NCBI GenBank assembly: GCA_021794425.1
Contig: JAJYQV010000038.1
Span: 1-48,666, forward strand
Direction of reading: 5' to 3'
DNA length: 48,666 nt
Origin: a bacterium
GTDB lineage: Bacteria > Patescibacteriota > Minisyncoccia > Phycocordibacterales > Phycocordibacteraceae
This document shows positions 40,401-48,666 of the stretch, piece by piece; the first letter of the stretch is position 1; the number at the start of each line of letters is the position of its first letter. The notes below the pieces were generated by a model. That model did not search any database. It was not told the origin of the DNA and worked only from the letters and a program-made list of their open reading frames with translations. Both the position numbers and the translations under genes were made by a program.

Positions 40401-42341
40401 TTACATCCCGATCAAGACGGGAATGACCATCGGCGCCTTGTTGGTGCGGCTGAAGAGGAACCCGGCCATAGCGTCGGTGAGGTTATTCTTCACATAGTCA
40501 AGGTCGATCGGGTTCATGCCGCGGGTCGAATCCTCGATCGACTTCTTAATGAGGATACGCGCTTCGTTTAGGAGCGGCTGGCTCTCGCGCAGGTACACGA
40601 AGCCGCGGCTGATGATGTCGGGGCTCTTCCGGAGCTTGCCGGTCTTCGTGTTCACGCTCGCGATGATGACGAACATGCCGTCCTTGGCGAGCGACTGGCG
40701 GTCGCGGATGACCACCTCCTGCATGTCGCCGATGGTGAAGCCGTCGACGACCAGCGGCGAGCTCGGCACCTTCTGCTTGTGCACGTGCATCTCCTTGCCG
40801 TCGATGATGTCGATCACCTGGCCGTTGTCGGCCAGCACGATATTCTCGCGCGGGAACCCGGACTGCTCGACCGCACGCGCGTGGCAGGTCGTCATCGAGC
40901 GGTAGCCGTAGCCCGGCATGAAGAAGGTCGGGTGCACCTGCTGGTTGATCCAGACGAGCTCGCCCGTGTTGCCGTGACCGCTCGAGTGCACGTCGCTCGA
41001 ACGGTAGTGGATGAGGGCGACGCCGTGGCGGTAGAGGTTGTCCTTCAGCCGCTGAATCGAGATCTCGTTGCCCGGAATCACCGACGAGGAGAGCACCACC
41101 GTATCGCGATCGGTAAGCGCAATCGACTTGTGCTGGCCGGTCGAGATGCGCATCAAGGCGGCGAACTCTTCGCCCTGCGAGCCGGTCGCAAGGATGAGGA
41201 TCTTGTCTGGCGGATAATTGCCTATCTCGGTCGCGGGGATGAAGGCTTCTTTCGGGACTTTCAAGAGCCCGGTCTTCTCGGCGATGTCGAGGTTGGTCTT
41301 GATCGAGCGGCCTTCGAGCACGATCTTCTTGCCGTAGCGCTCGGCAGCTTCCATGATCTTGATCATGCGCTCGAATTGCGAGGCGAAGGCCCCGATGATG
41401 AGGCGCCCGGAGACATTCTTGATGATGTCGTCGAGTGTCGCGACCACGCGCGCTTCGGGGATCGAGAATCCGTCTCGCTCGGCGTTGGTCGAGTCGGCGA
41501 CCATGAAGATGTTGTGGTCCTTCCCGAGCTCGCCCCAGACTTTGTGTTCCGACTCAGACGGGGTCGTACCGTCGTGCTCAAGGCGCAGGTCGCCGCTGAT
41601 GATCACGTTGCCTTGCGGCGTCTCCACTGAGGCGCCCATCGAGTCTGGGATCGAGTGGGTGACCGGGAAGAACTTGACCTTCGTCGAGCCGATCGTGATG
41701 GACTGACCGGTCTCGACCTCGATGATTTCGGGCTTGGGCACGTCCGGATACTCTTCCTGGCGGCGCTGGATCATCACCGAGGTGAGGCGCTGCGTGTAGA
41801 TGGGCGGATTGCCGAAGCGCGGCAGGGTGAACGGGATGCCGCCGATGTGGTCGAGGTGGCCGTGCGTGATGATGACGCCCTTCACGCGGCTCGCGTTCTT
41901 CTCGAGATACTTGGTGTTCGGGAGGATGTAGTCGACGCCTGGCGACGCCTCCTCGGAGACGAACTGGAAGCCTGCGTCGAAGACGAGGATGTCGCCGGTG
42001 GCGCCCACCTCGACCGCGACCATGTTGCGGCCGACTTCTTCGAGGCCACCGAGCGGCACGATGCGGACGGTGTTTGCTGCGGGCTGCTCAGGATAGTAGT
42101 CGGCGGCGCGGGACGCCGTGCGCGGGTTTGATGCCGGGCGACGCAGGATGCGCTGGATGCGCCGCGTGGCGCTCCCAGGGCGGGCGCCGCCTTGTCTGCC
42201 GGTTTGCGCGCGCGCGCGCGAACCGCCTCGCTCAGATGAGAGCGGGGGACGCGGAGCACTTCGAGGTGTCGACTGTCTCGGGTTCGGACCAGAGCCGGAA
42301 GAAGGCGTGGGCGCGGGAGCAGGTGCTGGTGATGGTTGCAT
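40401..42341 (-). CDS. rnj: Ribonuclease J (beta-CASP) with an approximately 90-aa low-complexity Pro/Ser/Arg-rich N-terminal extension
   Basis: RIVPLGGLEEVGRNMVAVEV, ITHGHLDHIGG, conserved C-terminal domain. Confidence 0.93.
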   Translation of the reverse strand: MQPSPAPAPAPTPSSGSGPNPRQSTPRSAPRPPLSSERGGSRARAQTGRQGGARPGSATRRIQRILRRPASNPRTASRAADYYPEQPAANTVRIVPLGGLEEVGRNMVAVEVGATGDILVFDAGFQFVSEEASPGVDYILPNTKYLEKNASRVKGVIITHGHLDHIGGIPFTLPRFGNPPIYTQRLTSVMIQRRQEEYPDVPKPEIIEVETGQSITIGSTKVKFFPVTHSIPDSMGASVETPQGNVIISGDLRLEHDGTTPSESEHKVWGELGKDHNIFMVADSTNAERDGFSIPEARVVATLDDIIKNVSGRLIIGAFASQFERMIKIMEAAERYGKKIVLEGRSIKTNLDIAEKTGLLKVPKEAFIPATEIGNYPPDKILILATGSQGEEFAALMRISTGQHKSIALTDRDTVVLSSSVIPGNEISIQRLKDNLYRHGVALIHYRSSDVHSSGHGNTGELVWINQQVHPTFFMPGYGYRSMTTCHARAVEQSGFPRENIVLADNGQVIDIIDGKEMHVHKQKVPSSPLVVDGFTIGDMQEVVIRDRQSLAKDGMFVIIASVNTKTGKLRKSPDIISRGFVYLRESQPLLNEARILIKKSIEDSTRGMNPIDLDYVKNNLTDAMAGFLFSRTNKAPMVIPVLIGM

Positions 42342-42403
42342 AACGATTGTGAGTTAATTCGGGTAATTTGTTAAATCTAAAACGGAAACCCGTACGAAAA
42401 TGA

Positions 42404-44179
42404 TTAACGTCCCGTCGCGAAGAAAGGCCAGACGGCGTCGGTCGCGCGATACCACGAGGCGACCGTGGCGAAACGATCGGCGGGCGTGATGATCTGCGGG
42501 AGAAGGACGCCGTGGAGGTCGCTCGGCAGAGCGTAGACGAAGCTCGGGGCGTAGATGAATGCGGCGGGATAATCCGCCGCGACGGTATCCTCGATCTTCT
42601 GGAGATCCGCCGCGCGCGCCTTCGGGTCGACGGCGCTCCGTGCGTCTTCGAGGAGCGTGTCAACGTTCTTGTTCGCGTACAGTGCGATGTTGAGGCCGGG
42701 GTCGTTGCGTTCCTGCGAATCCCAGAAGGCGTAGAGGTCTTGGTCGCGGCCGATGACCTCTCCGTAGAGGAGGGCTTCGTACTTGCGCGGACGGATAACG
42801 TTTTGCGAGAGGTCGCCTGGTTCGTAGAGCTCGATGGTGACCGGAATGCCGAGATTTTCCCAGTCCGCTTTCACCGCGCTCGCGACATTCTTCAATTCCG
42901 GCACGTTGCTTGTGCGGATGGTGATCTCGTCGAGCGTCTGTTTTGCCTGCGCATTCTTCCAAACGCGCGCGTTCCCGTCATAGGTCCAGCCGGATGCTTC
43001 GAGTGCCTGGGCCGCTGCGGCCACCGGGTCGCTCTGGTCGGGGAGCGGAACCTGCTCCACATTCTCTCCCGGCGGCACCGGTCCCATGAGGGGGGTCGCG
43101 TACCCGCCGAGCACCGAGGAAACGATTGCCTTTCGGTCGATGGCGAGCGAAAGCGCCTTGCGAACCTCAGTGCGGGCAAAGACCTGCTTCTCGCTCGGGT
43201 TGAAGAAGACGCCGAAGACGCGCGCGTACGGAGCCGTCAAAGCGTTTTTCCTCGGGATGCCGTACGCGCTCTCTATGGCACCGCTCGCAAGCGCTCGCGT
43301 GAGATCGTCGGAATTCGAGTAGAAGGTGAAGCGGATCCCGTCGAGGTATGGGCGTCCAAGCACATAGTACGGATTCTCGGTGAGGGAGACGCTCGCCACG
43401 AGCCCCGACGCGTCGCGCGAGATACTGGCAACCTTGAACGGTCCGGCACCCACGGGACTGGTCTCAAACGTGGAGAAAGGGAATTCCGCGTCTGAGATGT
43501 TCTGCCAAAGCTGCGACGGCAGGATGCCCAAGGTCGTGAGCCCGAGGAACGGCGCATAGGGCTTCGACAGCGTAAAGCGGACGGTCTGCTGGTTGACGGC
43601 GGCCACGCTTACACCGGACCAGTTCGCATACTCGGGGCTCTTGAGCGCGGAATCCTGAGCCTTTTTCACCGTAAAGACGACGTCGTCGGCGGTTACGGGC
43701 GTACCATCGGAGAATTTCGCATTCTTGCGCAAAGTAAACGTGTAGGTCTTGCCGTCGGGACTCACGGCGTAACTCTCGGCTAGCACGGGCACGAGGGTTC
43801 CGTTGCCAGAAATGCCCATGAGCCCGGCGTAGGTCAGTGTCGAGAGGTCGCGGTCGGCGTCACTGATCGCGAGGAGCGGATTTATGAACTGCGGACTCCC
43901 GACCTCGCCTTCACTGAGCGTTCCGCCGTAGGCCGGCACCGGCACCAGGAGCGATTGCTCAAGCGCATAGAGGCTCGCGAGAGATGCGGTGCCCACGAGG
44001 GCGACAAGCGCATAGAATATGACGCGATCGCCCGGCGAGAGCACGCGCACAAATGCGCCGAGGCGCTCAAGCACCGGGACCCGCCGCACGCGCGCGAGCT
44101 GTTCTCGCCACGGAGAACGACCCTCGGGGCTCGCCTCATCAGAAATCACGTCCGGGCTCGGTTCTGCGGGTGGTTCCAT
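42404..44179 (-). CDS. ABC transporter substrate-binding protein, family 5 (peptide/nickel type), membrane-anchored
   Basis: 591 aa. N-terminal TM segment. ...VGAGPFKVASI... and overall SBP_bac_5-like architecture (from memory). Confidence 0.85.
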   Translation of the reverse strand: MEPPAEPSPDVISDEASPEGRSPWREQLARVRRVPVLERLGAFVRVLSPGDRVIFYALVALVGTASLASLYALEQSLLVPVPAYGGTLSEGEVGSPQFINPLLAISDADRDLSTLTYAGLMGISGNGTLVPVLAESYAVSPDGKTYTFTLRKNAKFSDGTPVTADDVVFTVKKAQDSALKSPEYANWSGVSVAAVNQQTVRFTLSKPYAPFLGLTTLGILPSQLWQNISDAEFPFSTFETSPVGAGPFKVASISRDASGLVASVSLTENPYYVLGRPYLDGIRFTFYSNSDDLTRALASGAIESAYGIPRKNALTAPYARVFGVFFNPSEKQVFARTEVRKALSLAIDRKAIVSSVLGGYATPLMGPVPPGENVEQVPLPDQSDPVAAAAQALEASGWTYDGNARVWKNAQAKQTLDEITIRTSNVPELKNVASAVKADWENLGIPVTIELYEPGDLSQNVIRPRKYEALLYGEVIGRDQDLYAFWDSQERNDPGLNIALYANKNVDTLLEDARSAVDPKARAADLQKIEDTVAADYPAAFIYAPSFVYALPSDLHGVLLPQIITPADRFATVASWYRATDAVWPFFATGR

Positions 44180-44229
44180 AGATCATTTCTCGTAGGAATC
44201 GGCTGCTTCGCCGTTTTTCCTGACGGGGC

Positions 44230-44469
44230 TCATGCTCCTGCCAGAAGGAAGTTCGCTATCGCCGCGAGTACGAGGAGGATAGCGATGAGGATCGTCGCAT
44301 TGAATAGGAATTTCTCGGCGCCCCTGCGCTTGTAGAATGTCGATGCGAAATTATCGCCTCCGAAGGCTCCCCCGAGAGTCGCGCCGCGCCGCTGAAGCAC
44401 GATGCCGACGATGAGGAGTATTGAGAGGATTATTTCCGCGTACGGTAGTGCCGATACGAGTGCCTCCAT
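44230..44469 (-). CDS. secG: Preprotein translocase subunit SecG
   Basis: 79 aa, two TM segments, LGGAFGG motif. Internal ATG of ORF 44230-44571. Confidence 0.72.
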   Translation of the reverse strand: MEALVSALPYAEIILSILLIVGIVLQRRGATLGGAFGGDNFASTFYKRRGAEKFLFNATILIAILLVLAAIANFLLAGA

Positions 44470-44587
44470 CTGTATCGGTAAGGATAGCACGGGTAGGGAG
44501 CCAGGCGCAAGTTGCGCGCACGCACGCGTTTCCCTATACTCACAGCATGGGTGCGCGGGCGCTTTATTCATTTATATAGAGAACGAT

Positions 44588-46559
<1,972 letters not shown>

Positions 46560-46663
46560 TTGATCGATCCTGGAAGAGTTTTACACAGGGCGTCTGAACG
46601 TCCGCCACGGGAAGAGTCATACTGTGTGAAGCGGGTTCCTTCCCGCACTAACCACACACCAGC

Positions 46664-46900
46664 ATGAAATCATTGCATGGTATCGCAATCGTGCTCGTCA
46701 TCATCGGCGGCCTCAACTGGGGGCTTGTTGCTCTCGGTTCATTCGTGGGCAGCAACTGGAATATCGTGAATCTCATCCTCGGCTCGTGGCCGATGGTCGA
46801 GAATCTCGTCTATCTGCTCGTCGGTCTTTCGGCAGTCTATATTATGTTTACGCACAAGAGGGATTGCTGCGTCTGCAAGCCGCAAACGGCGGCAATGTAG
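46664..46900 (+). CDS. DUF378-family small membrane protein
   Basis: IAIVLVIIGGLNWGLVAL...LVYLLVGLSAVY. Confidence 0.72.
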   Translation: MKSLHGIAIVLVIIGGLNWGLVALGSFVGSNWNIVNLILGSWPMVENLVYLLVGLSAVYIMFTHKRDCCVCKPQTAAM

Positions 46901-46942
46901 CTTTTCGCATCCTGCGCACAGACTACACAAACCAACGACAAA

Positions 46943-46978
46943 ACACGAACGCCGGCGCTTCTGCGCCGGCGTTCGTGT
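46943..46978 (+). terminator. Strong terminator-like hairpin
   Basis: 16-bp stem acacgaacgccggcgc / gcgccggcgttcgtgt with loop ttct. Confidence 0.7.
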
Positions 46979-47327
46979 CTCTGCCCACCCCCTCCGCCGC
47001 GCCGCGCTTCGCGCGGCGGCCCTCACACCCGATGAAGTTTCAATCTGCGGGCTACTCGGGCTTCAACCTTTTGAGGTCAAGCATCATAAGGGTATTCTAG
47101 TGCATCTCGAGTGACTTTTTTGAGGCACTCTGGCCGCTGGCGCTGTCCTCCTTCTTTCGGCGTCAGTCGCCTTTGCACAAGGAAGGCCTGCGGGTGCAGG
47201 TGCAGGATCTAATCCGGGGACGGAGAATCAGTATCGTCCCGCTTCCGGTTCGTACACTGCACAGAGCAGTTCGACTGCGGCGCAGTATGCCCCGCAAGGA
47301 CAAGCCGGTGCCGGTCATCGTCCGACC

Positions 47328-47960
47328 ATGACGGGCTCCTCAACAACGCCGGGAGGAATGCGCACAACCGGCCAATCTTACGCAGCCCAAGGACAGGCGC
47401 GTGGGGCACAGATGCGCCAAATGGCACAAGACCGCATCGCCGCAATTCAGGACAAAGTAAAGCAGCAGCTTGCCGAGCGCCTTGCCACTCAGTTCAATCA
47501 GATCAATCAGGTGTGGACGCAGCACTTCTCGCAGATGCTTGATCGCTATACTGCCATTCTCCAGAAGATCCAAGACCGCGCAACTGCGGCAGCGTCTGCC
47601 GGTAAGGACGTGACGGCGACAAACGCAGCCATTCAAGCGGCGCAGGCGGCCATCACCAGCGCTCGTGCAGCGGTCGCAGCGCAGGCAGCTAAGACCTACA
47701 CCCTCGACCTCTCCGCAACTTCGACGCCGGTTACCGCTGCCACTTCGACGCCGGAAGGTCAGGGACAAATCATGCAAGGGTTGAAGGATGCGTTCCAGAC
47801 GCTCCGCCAGCAGCTCTTCGGCGACCTCTTTGCCCTGCGCGACGGCCCCATGACCGACACGCGCACAGCGGTGCAGAGTGCGCTCCAAACACTCGGTCAA
47901 ATCCCTGGAGTCGACCAGGTGAATGCCACCTCAACTGAAGCCACCTCGACGAATCAGTAA
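47328..47960 (+). CDS. Gln/Ala/Thr-rich helical protein, probably secreted. The true 5' end is unresolved
   Basis: First ATG is 47328, but the frame is open from 47124 and encodes a signal-peptide-like LAAGAVLLLSASVAFAQG with no in-frame start codon. Confidence 0.55.
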   Translation: MTGSSTTPGGMRTTGQSYAAQGQARGAQMRQMAQDRIAAIQDKVKQQLAERLATQFNQINQVWTQHFSQMLDRYTAILQKIQDRATAAASAGKDVTATNAAIQAAQAAITSARAAVAAQAAKTYTLDLSATSTPVTAATSTPEGQGQIMQGLKDAFQTLRQQLFGDLFALRDGPMTDTRTAVQSALQTLGQIPGVDQVNATSTEATSTNQ

Positions 47961-47978
47961 TCGATAATTGAAATTACT

Positions 47979-48308
47979 ATGGACTATCAAACAAATAATC
48001 AACCAATGGGAGGCGCTATGCCGCCCCTGCAGCCCATGAATCAGCCATCCTCGAGAATGTGGTGGTACGTCGGCGGTGTCGTAGTCGTCGTGCTCGCCGC
48101 ACTTGCAATCTGGTGGTACTTCTCTTCGGTGCAGTCGCCTGCAGCTACCGGCACGCAAACCTCGGCCGCAGAACAGAGCCAGGCGGCCCCGCTCTCAAGC
48201 GGCAACACGACCGCAGACATCCAGAGCGACCTCAACAACACGCCGAACGATTCCGCGGCGCTCAATCAAGACCAGAATTCGGTCAATACGAGTATCCAAG
48301 GACTCTAG
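47979..48308 (+). CDS. Small single-pass membrane protein, Ser/Thr/Asn/Gln-rich ectodomain
   Basis: TM segment WWYVGGVVVVVLAALAIWWYF. Confidence 0.5.
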   Translation: MDYQTNNQPMGGAMPPLQPMNQPSSRMWWYVGGVVVVVLAALAIWWYFSSVQSPAATGTQTSAAEQSQAAPLSSGNTTADIQSDLNNTPNDSAALNQDQNSVNTSIQGL

Positions 48309-48328
48309 GATTAAACAAGGGGGGGTAC

Positions 48329-48356
48329 AAACCACGCCCATGTGGCGTGGTTTTGT
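48329..48356 (+). terminator. Terminator-like hairpin
   Basis: aaaccacgcc catgt ggcgtggttt followed by tgttgt. Confidence 0.55.
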
Positions 48357-48440
48357 TGTACTATAGTCATCAAGCAAATTGATAAGAATTGACAAGTCTT
48401 TTCTTGCCCATCAATTGAAGTATACGTGCCGTGCAGAAAA

Positions 48441-48481
48441 GTTCGAATCCCTTCGTGGTCGAATCGCAAAGGGATTCGAAC
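48441..48481. repeat. Hairpin whose 13-bp arms copy the T-arm sequence of the adjacent tRNA-Ser
   Basis: gttcgaatccctt (48441-48453) / aagggattcgaac (48469-48481). The 13-mer agggattcgaacc at 48470-48482 is identical to 48551-48563 inside the tRNA gene. Confidence 0.8.
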
Positions 48482-48541
48482 CGTTCCAAACGACGGCTTA
48501 AAATAAGGCACTCGGGTCATCCCGATAAAAAGTATCCTCGG

Positions 48542-48630
48542 CGGATGGGGAGGGATTCGAACCCTCGATACGGTTTAACCCGTATAGCGAGTTAGCAACC
48601 CGCCGCACTAGGCCTCTATGCGACCCATCC
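48542..48630 (-). tRNA. tRNA-Ser (anticodon GCU), type II with a long variable arm, 3' CCA not encoded
   Basis: Reverse complement is GGATGGG-TC-GCA..TGC-G-GCGGG-TTGCTAA-CTCGC-(variable arm ATACGG..CCGTAT)-GAGGG-TTCGAAT-CCCTC-CCCATCC-G. Acceptor, anticodon and T stems all pair. It is followed by CCG rather than CCA. Confidence 0.85.
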
Positions 48631-48666
48631 CTATACCATCATCCTACTGTACTTTCGTATCTTCTC

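Noticed and set aside
40145-40571. Plus-strand ORFs 40145-40360 and 40173-40571
   Set aside because: They have no ribosome-binding or promoter signal. The second overlaps the rnj 3' end antisense. The region is better explained as a non-coding or decayed tail of the rnj transcript.
48437-48530. Possible second tRNA or pseudo-tRNA suggested by TTCGAAT loops on both strands
   Set aside because: Neither strand gives a 5-bp T stem together with a matching 7-bp acceptor stem, and no anticodon arm could be built. It is treated as repeat copies of the tRNA-Ser T-arm.

Overview
High-GC bacterial fragment. Its backbone is the str-S10-spc ribosomal-protein supra-operon (fusA, tuf, rpsJ ... rplO, secY, adk, map), followed by ndk. 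After that come an accessory stretch, infC-rpmI-rplT on the minus strand, nuclease and DNA-repair genes, an ECF sigma module, two tandem MFS transporters, RNase J, an ABC substrate-binding protein, secG, groES-groEL, small secreted/membrane proteins and tRNA-Ser(GCU). The gene style fits a Patescibacteria/CPR-like (Parcubacteria-type) organism: no rpmD between rpsE and rplO, N-terminal extensions on several r-proteins, a signal-peptide Gly-rich protein, and many tiny membrane proteins. That lineage call is inference only. No rRNA, CRISPR array, transposase or integrase is visible. Main observations: (1) The ribosomal supra-operon is interrupted three times by non-ribosomal genes (fusA|tuf, rpsJ|rplC, rplB|rpsS). 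One interruption carries an AT-richer NYN-nuclease gene followed by a hyper-acidic protein gene. (2) Five toxin-antitoxin modules lie within about 20 kb. Three of them, and also the NYN gene, are bracketed by imperfect duplications of the local junction: the 3' coding end of the neighbouring gene or its terminator hairpin. (3) At least 14 genes have an (often TG-extended) -10 hexamer TAnnnT placed 6-8 nt before the start codon, which predicts leaderless mRNAs. One case is a perfectly symmetric palindromic -10 shared by divergent nuclease genes. (4) Several AT-richer or GC-rich palindromic elements are present, two of them in frame inside coding sequences (mutY-like gene, rpsE N-terminal extension). 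(5) An orphan promoter-to-terminator unit after ndk looks like a structured small RNA that I could not assign to a family. (6) A G9 tract fills the spacer of the predicted promoter of a Gly-rich surface protein, making it a phase-variation candidate. All coordinates and alignments were derived by hand from the sequence. No database search was possible.
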